Assembly: GCA_040954595.2 (NCBI GenBank)
Contig: CM082579.2
Location: 3,030,345-3,094,344 of the forward strand
Reading direction: 5' to 3'
From: Balanoglossus misakiensis
Taxonomy: Eukaryota; Animalia; Hemichordata
Length of the DNA stretch: 64,000 nucleotides
The position numbers and the translations under genes were made by a program. Shown here in pieces: positions 41,321 through 54,345 of this stretch (positions within the stretch are counted from its first letter, which is position 1; each line of letters starts with the position of its first letter). The notes under the pieces are model-generated. The model searched no databases. It saw only the letters and a program-made list of their open reading frames with translations, and had not been told where the DNA came from.

Positions 41321-44300
41321 ATGGCGGATGAAAATCCATGGATGTCGTCCGCTGATCCTATCCAGGATCTAGGACCGACGATGGAGCCGTCGCAAGACAT
41401 AGACAACATGCTTTTCAACGACTTTGACGGTAAGGCAACAAGATTTCTTGAAATCGGCTTGGAAGTTGACGATGCCCCAGTGCTACACATATACATTGAT
41501 CAGATTTTGCAGAAAGTGATAGTAAACATCCCTGTCCGAAGCTTTGCATAGCGTACTTGAACTTTCAAAGTTTGTGGATTTTGCGTAGACACTTTCGCTA
41601 ACCATTGTAAATCGGCAGGACCTCTTCATATTGTCGCCTTTTCCTCTAGTTCGTTCTTTTTAAAAACAAATCGAGAGACACTGCGTAATGTTAGTATTTT
41701 CCAAAGTGCAACGGAGTAGGTTTATTTTTACATTATTCGTCAATGTCATGATCAACCCATCACTTTGTTTATTGCGTTACTGTGTACATCCTCGTCCTCA
41801 TAGAGACGGTAAACTGTTTTAGGCGTCTTTTACACTTTTTTTTTTCACAAAATACACATGCAATATCTCACTGATTTATATTTTGTTTGTCATTATCAGC
41901 TGTACTATTCTGCACTTCCGCATTTGTTATTTTTCCCTACTTCGACTGGGCGTTTTTATTTTGGGGTGATTACTGTTTGACAATGAATATGTGGAAATGT
42001 TTAAAAAAAAAAAAAACTGGTAATTTGTTTTCATATATCGTAGCATGTGGTTATATTTCTGCCCGTCGCGTTTTATTTTGGATATAATTTTTCATTTTCG
42101 ACATGTACAAATATGTTTTTCTAAAGTAAGCAGAGTATGGCAACAAGGCAGACTGTGATTGGCCAGTTGAGCACATGGCCTGATGATACATCATAAACAT
42201 AATGAGATGAGCATTAAGTTGAAACTGCTAAGAGGTGGAGTTAGCTGTTAATTTAGCCAGTTGCAGGGAGCTACCGAGCAAGTCAGTTTGGGCATCTCCG
42301 CTCTCCAAAAGCATTCGTCATGGCTCCAGCTGGCCACCTCCGTAAAGAAAATGACCCGCTCTATGCAGTCGATACTGTTGGTGTTACATGAGGTTTGTTA
42401 CGAGTTGTCCAGAAAATGTCTTTTGTGCAAGAGATGTGTAAACTTATATTGTAAGTACATGTTGGCTTGTTTGTGTCACTGAAGATTTCAATTTTTTTTT
42501 TACTTTTTTCTCTGTCTCCAGAAATGATGAATTACATTAACTCTGATGACCAAACTGCGCCGACTGATGACCTCTTTGGTGGCGAGACGTTTGATGCAAC
42601 CACTTTGCATGATCCGATGCTACCACAGGCCATTCAAGTTAAACGGGAGCCAGTGGATATGCTCGATAGCATTACCCCAACGCTGACGTTCTTGCCTTCA
42701 CAGCCTCAAGAACAGCAGCTTGCACAGTTGCAAGCTGCACTTCAGCAAACCCAGCAGCAGCCGCAACCGCAGCAGTCAGTTTTGAACACCCAAGTGTTGA
42801 GTCCGCAACTCAGCGTACCACTTTCTCCAACGAGCATTCAATCCAGTTTACCACTTTCGCCTGCTCAAAGCATACAGTCTGTACCATCGCCACCTGCAAT
42901 TCAACAGACCTTGCAGACAAGTCAAATTCTAGCACCGGCAGCCACTCAAGTACAGCAGTTGTCACAGTGCCCTGTACAACAAACAACCACACAACCTACA
43001 TTTCAACAGGTGAGAATTAAATTAAGATATAGGGATTTATCTTTTTGCGTCATTCAAAGGAATTAAAGCCCGAAAAAAGGGTTGAAAAGTGTTTTTATCA
43101 AAGGCCAGCAGTGTGTCTCTTATCAGATTAAAAGGGGGGAGTAATATTTAATGTGGATAAATAAAAACGAAAATGTGGATATTATAAAAAGAAATTGCAG
43201 ACTGCCCCTAATGACCAAATATGGTAAGGCTTTGTACAAGAATAGCAAACAGTCATGAGTTGATAGTGATTGATGTCTTTGTTTACAAAAGTAGTTAAAA
43301 CAACCCTGGGTAGTCAAACAGATATGGCGGTTTATCAGCATTTTATTAAATATGGATTTTATCACTATAGGCCATGACACCCCCCCCCCCCCAACTCTGT
43401 AATGCCTGTATCAAGGTGACCTGAACCTAATCTGATCAACCGCTTTTCCTGTATGCCACAGGTATTGTTGCAGTCTCATGCTGTAACTGCCAGTGCCACT
43501 TCACTCCCGGTAGTGACTACAGTTACAACGGCACCTTTGTCGACAATCGTAGGATCGGCAAATATCCAGCTGACCAGCATTCCAGTAGTCAAAGTAGAGA
43601 CAACAGATAAGCTTCCCATCAACAGGCTTAATGCAGGCATCAAGGGTGCTCCAGTTTGCAAGGGAGAGAAGCGATGTGCTCACAATGCCATCGAAAGACG
43701 GTACAGGTCAAGCATCAACGATAAAATTATTGAGCTGAAAGACCTTGTGCTGGGTACTGACACCAAGGTAGGCACAATTATACTTTGATAATTTCTGCTG
43801 TGCGACATGTATGTGCAATTTCATTATTTTGCTTACGTGAAAAGTACAAAGATAACTTCACTTGTAAAGTTTAAAATAAACATAGCAATTTGTATTAAGC
43901 CCAACTCACAACTTCTATACTTAAAGCATTCCTCACTTCAATGTTTAAATGTAATGTTTTGTTGTCTACTTTTCACAATTGCAGATGAACAAGTCTGGAA
44001 TTTTAAGAAAAGCGATCGATCGCATCAGATACCTAGAACAGTCAAATAAACAACTGAAACAAGAGAACATGTTGCTGAAGATGAGTTTGGGTAAAATTCA
44101 AGGTAAGTGCCATTCGTTGTCTGATGCCTTTTGAAATACAGAGTGATCAAAGTATTTACTTTACAGCTCTTTCGAGTGGAAACTGAGTGTTCATTCTTCT
44201 TAACTCAACTACACACAGGTGCTGATTTGCAATTTAAACGTGAAGCTGTTGGAGAACTTAGCCCACCACCATCAGATCCAGATACTCCCGTTCGTAGCCC

Positions 44301-47300
44301 AAGCAGTAGTTACACTTCAGGTCCAGAAAGTCCTTCACTGTTCGACGAGGCAGACATGAAACCACCAGTCAGCCTGCAGAAGCAAACCGAGGTCAAGTCC
44401 GAAAAGCAAATGATCAGCAGCTGTGGCATACTGGATCGCACCAGAATGACGCTGTGCATGTTTATGTTTGGAGTTCTCCTCTTCAACCCATTCAAGTCTT
44501 TGACGGGAGGAGTTGGTGGAGCTCCGGGTGGTGCAGATTATATGCAAGTGCACAGTGGAGGCAGAGCACTGCAAATGGATGCCGCATCTGGTAAGAATGA
44601 AATTGCAAAATACTTCAAGGACTGTTTAGAAAGTTCCAGTGCAATTTTGGGACGGTTCCAGGGACACTGTCAAGACTGGTTGGCATGATGAATATTCTTA
44701 CTTTTTGTCGCTGCAAATAGTTGAGTTAATCACACCATCTGCTGATGTGATAACCACAAAAGCCTCACTCTCAGAGCATCATAGATCACATCAGGAGAGG
44801 GAGTGAACAGGGTTAACAAACTTTTTATTCATTAGCATGATGGCATTGTTGAATGTTGAAAAAAAACTGGTGCAAAGTAAATTGTGGTGGACGTGACACC
44901 ATAAATCATCATAAAGGTTTTGGCATAAACAGCTGACCCAGATGATTGATATGTGACCTTGTCTGTTTTGCATCAGTAGGAGAGCAGACTGTGTTTGAGT
45001 GGTTGCTGCCTACCCTGCTCGTATGGCTGATTAATGGGGTCATGGTACTGGGTGTTTTCACTGGCATCTTCGTCTATGGAGAACCTGTGTTGCGCCCCCA
45101 CTCTGAAGCAGCTGTCAAGTTCTGGCGCTACAGAAAGCAGGCTGATACAGATCTTGCCAGGGTAAGAAAACTGGGTTGTCCGCATGCATGTGTAAAACTT
45201 AAGAAATTTAAATGCAATCAAGTTAGCTTTGTGGCACTTTTAATAGAAACTGATAGTTAACAAGTCTATCAATGGAGTAGAATGCATGTAACAAGTTATC
45301 TTCATTGCTTGGCATATTAACAGTTCATTTGAAATAAAAAATTCACTCTCAAGTATTGCGTCATCTTTTCCAGGGTGATCAGGCGGCTGCAGCAGGTCAC
45401 TTGCGTACCTGCCTGTCTGCTCTAGGAAGACCATTGCCAACATCCAAGCTAGACCTTGCAGCAAGTGTTTGCTGGAACGTGTCACGTCAACTGCTGAATC
45501 GTGTCTGGGTAGGCAAGTGGCTGGCCAGAAGAGCTGGCGGAATCAAGACGCAGAGTGGAAAGGCCACAGATGCTAAACTGTCTGCACGTGATGGGGCACT
45601 TGTTTATCACAAGTTGCATCAATTACAAATGACAGGTAAAGATATTTCCCCTTGATATATATTGTGATTTGAAAAGATGCCAAAACTGTTCTGGAGAAGT
45701 TAAAATTAATCATAGCTGAACGAGTCAGTGTTGATTTAAACTTGCAAACATGTGGTGTGTTACATTGATATATTTGTGCAAGGCCCTGGACAATGGAATC
45801 TGATACAAAGCAAGTGGCCCTCTGCATATGTGACTTCTTGGACTAAAGGAAATATTACTGTCAATCTGACAGAGTTTCTGTATTCAGTGGCAGACATTCA
45901 CCATTGACATCAGGTGATGCTCTAAATTATGTTAATGACATGCATGCTGTTTCTGACCAAGACAACAATTTTTGTGACCTTCACCTTTTTGCATGTCTGA
46001 TTTTCCTAATAGGTCATGAGAGTGGCGGTTTTATCAAGGGTATCAACTTGGCCTTGTCTGCTGTCAATTTGGCTGAGTGCGCCGGTGATGCCATCAACAA
46101 GGCAACGCTGGCTGAAATCTACACAACAGCTGCCCTCCAAGTCAAGACCACCTTTCCAGCAAGATTGCACTTCTTAGCTGTAAGTAAAAATTTCTCCAGC
46201 CTTGTAGTATCACAAGCATTTGTATTTGATGGAAATGTTGATGACGTCAGTTGGCATGCAAATGCACCACAAAATGACATCTGCATATTCATGAAAACCC
46301 CATTCATAATTGATTCAGCCGACTTGCATAAACATCACACCACTCTGAAGTTGGCCAATCAATAGACTTGGCGCGTGGAGACTGATCCCGGCAAATTTCT
46401 GACCTCACTTTCCAGAGATACTTCCTGAGCCGTGCCAGACATGCCTGTGCAACCAGTGTTGAATCCAGTCCAACATCTCTGGAATGGCTTTTCCATCCCC
46501 TGGGCCATCGATTTTTTGTGGAGGGTGAATGGAGCTACCAGCCTTCAGACGGCCTTTACAGCATCACAGGCAATGCAGGTTAGTCAGGAAATTGAACTTT
46601 TACCAGTGTTGGAAAAAAGCTGCATGGAAAGTAAAAATATGAATGTGGTGCGTTTAACGTTATTTGCACATGGTGTTTCAGAAACATGCGGTCAGGTCAA
46701 ACTGACACAGCTTGGTCAATAAATCTCTTTGACGGATAGTTTTTCTGACGTTTCTCTATTTGCATACTTTGTTCTAGTTGATCCCTTGGCCTACATAAGT
46801 CAGGCATTCAGAGAACGTTTGCTGGAAAAGGCTCTGTATTCCTTGGTTATTCCGGAATCCAGTAACAACGATGACAATGGACAAAACCCTCGGTAAGTCT
46901 CCATGTCAGTTATCTAGCACAGCTTTAGTCCATTTATTTGAAGAATCCTTGCTGTTACACGTTTCTGTGCGAGCGGTAACCTTTATAAATTATTTCATTT
47001 CTTCAGACCGTCGGATGCCTTGCAGTATCTTCAGCTGCTGGGAGAATGTGCTGATGCTGCCAATGCACCAAAGCAAACAAATTTTGCCATTGGAGTGGGT
47101 GCCACAGCCTCTGGTAAGTACAAGAGCAAGTTGTGGAACAACTCTGCCATGTGATCAGATTCTGTTGTGTCAAACGTTTATTATGATCTCTGGAGGAAAT
47201 CAAATGCAGTGACAGCTGCCAACACCCCAAAATGTCTTCCTGACGTAGTATCTCAACATTTTCTAGGTGAAGACCCAGTTTCCAAGTGGTGGTATAGTGG

Positions 47301-48589
47301 TGTGTCAGTAGCTGTTTACTGGCTTCTGGGTGATGATGAAGCCGCAATGCGACACTACGGCTGCATTGAAAGTATTCCAAAACAAGTGCAAGATGCAGAA
47401 GACCCCATTGGCAGGGCCACCTTGCTTGCATTCAAAGCCCGGCAGAGCTTGAGCACCGAAAACAACTTGCAGAATTGTATTGCCTTGTGTGACAAAGCAG
47501 GAGCTCTTTTGAAAGACAGCATCAACTATCCGGGAAATCATTCAACAGCGCTTATCACACAGGTACGTGGCTGTACACTTAATTGCTCTAAGTGGCCTTG
47601 AGGGCTTTGCAAAGAAAGATATCTACATATTCATGATGTGTGCATTACAGTGCATTAGTTCTTGACAACAGTGTGAGAGGTGATCCAAGTGGCAGTGGAT
47701 GGAAGACAAGTACCATGCCTGCGCCTGAGGAAATGTGCTTGTACATCTGTGGTGCATTGTAGTTGCATTGCAAGTCTTGATAAACTTTGCGGTGCTTCTG
47801 CAGTGCAACCACAGTGGCAAGATCAATCGGCAATGCGAAGACTCTGTAGGGATAGCACTTTGAATGATAAGATAACTAAATAAATACTGTTCCAGTGTAA
47901 TTAATTTTGCTTGGAAATCTTCTCTTGCTTCAGGCTGTTCAGCTTTTGGTGTGCGACTGGTTACTGTCGACACGTACAGCTGCTTGGCAGAAACAGCATT
48001 CCTCTTCGTCAGACAGCAGTACCTGCAGTCCATCAGAGTTACTATCATTCCAAAAAGATATTGCCAGCTTGAAAAAAATTGCCCAGGTTGAGCCAGCAGC
48101 AGCCCCCAGAGTGTATCTTCACGAAGCCACAGCCAGACTCATGGCTGGAGCTAACCCAGCCCGTACTCAACAGTTGCTGGATAGAAGTCTGCGAAGACGC
48201 TGTGTCGGCAACCAAAATAATGGTGAGTTAATTAATGAACCCAGATAAGATTCTCGTAGCATCTAGAAGTTTTCAACAACTTTGTTGTCTCCTATGTATT
48301 CTTTGAGTGTTCCATAAGCTGCCACTTTTTCACATCAATCTCTGTGCAATTGTTTTCAGGCACCGAAGAGAGCTCAGCTGTACTGGGTGAGAGAGAGCAC
48401 GCTACAGCATTGGTCATGGCATGCAAGCACCTTCCAGATGCCCTGCTGTCGTCACCTGGTTGCAAAGAAACCATGCTAACAGAAGCTGCCAAATCTCTTG
48501 AGAAACTCGGAGACAAGAGAGCTCTCCTGGACTGCCAAAAGATGATCTCCAAATTGAGCAGTGGAGCATTAGACATAGCTAGTCGTTAA
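41321..48589 (+). CDS. SREBF: Sterol regulatory element-binding protein (~1068 aa, 14 coding exons)
   Basis: Exons 41321-41429, 42522-43009, 43462-43767, 43985-44102, 44219-44590, 44977-45161, 45374-45635, 46013-46179, 46416-46578, 46778-46892, 47007-47113, 47267-47562, 47934-48222 and 48360-48589. bHLH-Zip with the SREBP-diagnostic Tyr ([16 protein letters not shown]), DRTR..LC..NP membrane segment, second TM, and C-terminal [17 protein letters not shown]. Confidence 0.96.
47747..47814 (+). ncRNA. mir-33: microRNA miR-33 precursor, intronic in SREBP; mature 5p at 47752-47772
   Basis: GTGCATTGTAGTTGCATTGCA matches mature miR-33a as I recall it. It pairs with TGCGGTGCTTCTGCAGTGCA, and the hairpin is closed by CTGTGG/CCACAG. 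Lies in intron 47563-47933. Confidence 0.95.
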
Positions 48590-51217
48590 GTGTGCAATTG
48601 ATTGATGCATATCAGAGGAACTTCATTGGCTTGCACATAGAAATTTTTTAACATTTCCCCAGAAAATGCACTTTTTGAAAAACATACTTGAGCATTTGTT
48701 GTAGTTACTTTGATAACCAGAGTATTTCTAATTTCATGGGGCCATAAAAAGATTATTTTTCCATATGCACTGCAGTTATTTTTGATATTTTTTTCAGTCC
48801 ATTTTATGTGATCCCTGCTTTGAAAGAGTTTACAGAATGCACAATTAGCTTAACATTCACCTTTTCAATAGATCCAATTGTAGCTATTCCAGTTGCACAC
48901 CAACCAGCTAGGTTTAGATGTAGAAGAAAACTAGAAAAATGGTTTAAGCTAGAAAATAGGTTTTACATGTAGTATTGCAAGTGTACGTTTATTTTGAGTG
49001 ACAAGACATTTTTGACTTTTGTCAGAGAGATTTCATCAGTCATTTAAGTAAGAAATTGGGATGTGTACCACTGGTATATTATTAGAACACCATGCGAATT
49101 GGAATCTTATGAAGTACCTCTGTATATGTAGTCAAATGAAGGATCCCCCTGATCATTTATATTCATGTATATTAATTAAATAAAGAGTATTTATTTGAGA
49201 ATCTGCTTTCAAAGCTCTTTTCTACAGAAATGTTGAGACTAATGTTTACTCCTTATAATGCTTGATGGAGAAGCAGTGGATATTTTCTATTTTGTCATCA
49301 TGGTGATGTATAAAATTGGTTGATTTGAAAAGTAATTATTAAAAGTGATCTTCAAATTATGGATTTTTTTGTAATAAACTTGTGCAAGTTTATAAACATG
49401 TTGCTGGTCTTTCAAATTTGTGTGTGTTGTGTGTGTGAACTGAAGATTAAGATTGGGAAAGTGTATGGGCGCATAATGAATAGATCTTTCTACTGTATAA
49501 GTGCTGTAGTTGCCCTGGCTTCTAATGCAGATACTTAAAGAAAATCCCAATGTCTTGCATGAATAAAGTGGCCAATGTATATTGTATTGGCAAGTCTGTC
49601 ACTGTCCCTCCACATGTGTCAAAGTTCATGTTTTACAAATCAACATATGATCAGCACCACAAACCCAGATGAGGATCGCTTTTCAGCCTGTGATATCCAA
49701 ATTATCCCCATTCCCTGGCCATGTGCGAAGTCACCAACGGAGAATAGAACTGAAAGATTCAGTAGTGTGCGGGCGCTCTGCAACTCGACCTGCCCACGAC
49801 TGAATCTTCCAGTCTGGATAGAAATTTAAACTGAAGAAAAACTGGAGCACTGTGCATTGCAGAAGGGGCTAATGATTCTCACAACGTACATGTATATAAT
49901 ATATACATTGCATTACTGAAGTAAAATTATTGGAAGTCAGTGACCTTCCCAGGGTGGTAGACATATTTTTGATTCGCTATGGGTATAGCAAATGTTGGCC
50001 TGCCTCTTGGACGATTCAGCAATGATTAATCGGCTGTTCGGTTACGCAATTTTGCCCGGTGTTGCTATCGCGTCTAGTACCTGGCACACCGAGCGCGAAC
50101 GCCCCTATCTTTATTACCAACTTATATGACTCCCAATAAAGATTTTGTGTACTGGTTAAACAATTCGTGTCGCAGGAGAAGTGGTTGGCATGGTTATATG
50201 TCACAACATATTCTATGTATTTGTTTAGACCCCTATGATTCTTGATATTCTGCCAAATATTTTGACCTATCTCACCAAAATTTGCGAATCATCGTTGAAA
50301 ATATGCTGATTTTTCACACAGGGTAGGGTATTCCTCAAGTGCGCGTGCTCGAACGTTAACAAGGCGTGTTGAACAATCGTTGCCTACCGAGCAAAAATAA
50401 TGTGTTTCGACGGGGTCTTTCAACAAGTATAGGGATGTTACTGTTTTGATAAAGAGGCACTTTGCCTGCAAACGTTTGACAGTGTTCTGAGTCAACATGA
50501 AGTTAGGGTCCACAAGAAAGACAAACAGCGAGATTGCGTATTGAGTGACGAATATGAACAAAACAAGATTATGAATACAAAATTCAGTTTTCTTAAACAA
50601 ACTGAACAACAGCATGTCATACTTGTGGTTAAAATGATCAAAGCGGACAACTACATATAAAATGTACAAACTTAGGGGAATCTTACAGTAAATAATATGT
50701 TTTACTTTCCCTCAATTAAATTTCAATCAAGGTCATGTGTAGGTATGCATAGCAAAAATGGATGTACATCTATAGAATTTTGAAATAGATTTTAAGTTAT
50801 CGGCTGCAGCAGAGATACCCACAGCTGTTAATGCAGTGGTTTCCGATGGTAAATGCAACTTCCAGAATAACTTTAACTTTAGCAATGTGTTCTTTTAACG
50901 TTGGTTTGTGGCCGGTTGAATCACTTTCTGCGGCCTTGTTGGTCAAGGGGTCATGGGTTACATGGAACTGTGTCATGATGTATCTCTCCTATCAGAGTCA
51001 GGTATCTATGAAACAACCTGCAGACGCATTTATATGGTTGAGCAAACGACGCGATGTAACGTTTGTAAATACTAATAAAATCTGAATCAAATATTAGAAT
51101 AGTCTATCTTGTTGGGCCAACTCCCTTTCGAAGTCTTAATTAACCGGGAACCGTGTTGCAGGAACTCAGTGTTCCACCTCTGCTGTGAAGTGACAACATC
51201 CTCCGGAGTCTTCTAAG

Positions 51218-53778
51218 ATGGCGATCACGAGATGTATTCTTTCTGTCGTGCTTCTGCTAAGTTTGGTGTTTTCCGCATCGTCGCAAGAACCGCAAGAGAG
51301 TAAGACCGATTTCTCACTTTTTGAAAAGATTTCATTCCATTACCATATTTACAAATGGCACAATACACACGACTGCACGAGATTCCAATCTCATCGTTTT
51401 CCTACCATCCAATTCACTGATCATGTTCCGTTGCCGTCTCAAATGCATGTCTGGAAATTGGCCGTATGCTGGGTTACACGGACCTATGTTCTAACACAAA
51501 AGTTTTTTTGTCAGAATTCACTCAGAGAGATTGTCGTTTGCCAACGTCTCAGTGATTATTAACTTTGCAGAAAAATTATATAATGTTATTCCTTAGAGAA
51601 CAGTTACGTTCGATTGTGTTGGACCGGCTTTAAACCTTTTCGTCGTCGATCAGAGAATTTTATGGGATTTTTTCTCCCATCTTCGATATTTGCCACACAG
51701 CTTTTAACGTGCAGCTGACAGACATGAACCAAGTGAAGGATGCCCTCGTGGAAGGCTATCCACTCCGATTCTTTGCAGACTACACCAAATGCAGCAGAAC
51801 ACCCGTCATTACAATTCCTGGCGTTGACATCGAGGTATTTACTTTCTTATTTGGAGGTTTTATGAAGAGAGGTCTCATAGAATGAGTGTGCATTTTTGAA
51901 AGTAATCAAACATGTAAATCTAGATTATAAATCTAGAAAAAAATGTAGGGGGGAAACAGGTGGTTTAGATTTGAACATATTGTCTTTTTATTGTGCATAC
52001 ATTCCGTTCTGACTACTACATTTTAATCGGTTTTGACATTTTTTATTGTCACTCATTAGTTTATGTTATTGACAGACTCAAATGTGTAGTGACTAGACTC
52101 CTCTTATATTTTCCACGAAAACCACCGAAAAAAACTGCTGGGGCAAAATGAAGACGCCAGCTCTCTGCAAGTTGGGGCGTGGTTCTTGAACTCAATGTTG
52201 ATATAATCATGTTTGCATCACAGCCATATTTCAGTTAACAGCTGTGTGAATTACCCGTCGATAATCAAGCGATACCCATCTTTTATAACCCTTCACCATG
52301 GCGACGCAATAAACATCAGTTTTACACGTAACAATGGTTTAAATATTGGCAACGTCTATTAGTGTACAAGGGGTGACTGATTACTTCACTCGATCGCATG
52401 TTTTCCTTCACAGAGCTAAAGATTTGTCCTTCAATATTTCTGTTCTTTCTGATTTTCAGGAACCTTCAGACTTTGGCACAACTATCGACACTTTCCGAGG
52501 ACTTCGTGACATCACTGGCATACCTATACAGTTGACCTTCACCGCTACAGAAATCATTCGATTCCCTGGTATTAGCGGTAAGACATGGTTCTAATTTGAG
52601 CAGAACTCATAGTGACTCATATCAAACCTATATCATTTTTGCTGGCATATGATATAGTTTCAGGGTTAAGCATATACATAATGTGCTGTTAGAAAAATCT
52701 GAAAAAAAGTGTTTGACTTTTTTATGACGGGGAAAATGACACCAACCAAGGTTTCGGGGTCTGAAATGACGTTGTTTGTTTGTTTTGCGTTTTTCCTTAA
52801 AATCAGAACATATCATTGTGCACAACAACATTGAAGCTTTGCCAGACGGTCAAGTCACGGTGACAACCAAGTACATCGAACGTAGGAACGTTACGGAAGT
52901 CGCCACTTCCATCAACGACTGCATGCTAAATGACGGTTCCAACGACGAGGGCGTCTTCATCTACAGGAGTACTTTGTACGAACCAGTTGCCCTGACGACC
53001 TACGCAGAAATAGAGGAAGCTTTCATGTCTGGCTACACCGTTCGTTACGGAGCGATTTTCACACGATGCGGCGAAATCGGAATCGGCACCGATAACATAG
53101 GCGGAGGAATCATCCCCCTGTACTACCTGAAACGAGGCAAGTTTTTTTGCTATTTTATCACAGAAAGCATAAAGTCAGCATCGCATAGTATAATATTTCA
53201 GCAACTTTGAAATACTGCAACGCTGCTAAGTAAATCCGCAAAGTTCACATCAACTGTGATGCGGGATACCGTGATGGTAAATAATTTTAATTTTAAATGG
53301 CGGATTATAGTACTATAATTGCTGATCAGGTGTGCATGTCCATCATCGTGGTTCCGCGAATCCTTGTTAACGGTTCACACACGACGTTTCTTGTTATTCA
53401 GGTGAGAAAATCATTGCGTCGGTGGTGAAATTCTACAACAGTCCGTTCGCCCTGAACAAATACGTCTTGGACACGTTCAAGGTCGACATCTACCAGAACC
53501 TGACGATGCACATTGCCATGTCCGCCATCAACTTCGACGACTTCAGCATGAGATACACCGACGAATCATTCAACTGCCCGATGACGGTCTCAGACCCATC
53601 ACAGAACCCTCCCGCTGTGGTGTACAAAATGATGCCCAAGGCCCAGGCAGCGGCGACGACCAAGCCCAACGTGGTTACGCCGGAACCAACCGCCAAGGCC
53701 GGGTCGTCAACCGTCAAACCAGTTTCATTCAGCGTGCTCTTGTCCATGCTGGCCACAATTTTGTATATTTTCAATTAG
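51218..53778 (+). CDS. Uncharacterised secreted, probably GPI-anchored protein with two internal repeats resembling the VirK domain (~346 aa, 5 exons)
   Basis: Exons 51218-51299, 51701-51834, 52460-52577, 52807-53136 (GC donor AG|GCAAGT) and 53402-53778 give an open frame of 1041 nt. Signal peptide, two ~140-aa repeats, a Thr/Pro/Ala stalk and a hydrophobic C-terminus with no cytoplasmic tail. Confidence 0.8.
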
Positions 53779-54345
53779 ATTTCAAAACACTGGGTGCATT
53801 GGGACAAAATGTTTCAGAAACGTGGCTTGTAGTATCAGAGTCCTGTTTGTATCCCCGTCAAAACCCATGAAATTTCCTACAGTTTTTGTCCTCAGCGTCC
53901 ATATCATGAAGACTAACGATGTCTGATTAAACGCGCTGTATGGTGGCATGCATTGTCAAATTTCTTTAACTTTCATCGCCTCCCCAGAAAACACAGTGGG
54001 AAAGGTCTATACTTGTTGGGTGTGGCGAAGCTGTATAAGCTCATTTGCGACACTTCAATAAATAAATATAACGTTGCAATAAAGAATTGTGGTTTCTCAT
54101 TGAATCATTAAGTTTTGGTTGGGATGAAAATCCGCAAAGGGCGAACACACAAGCGAACAAACACGTACAAATAGCTTCTAAGTGGATATAAGCATAGATG
54201 TGATCAAACTCATTATCCCTCAAATTTGGAAAGATTGCTGATACAGTGATATACATTCCGTCAGTGGCAGGCTTAGACGCTGTGTATAATTTTACTGCTT
54301 CAAGCTTAGGATAGATTGGCACTTGTCATGACCACCGTGCAATAT

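Noticed and set aside
47638-47660. GTGCATTACAGTGCATTAG as a second miR-33 copy
   Set aside because: The seed differs and I found no complementary arm on either side.
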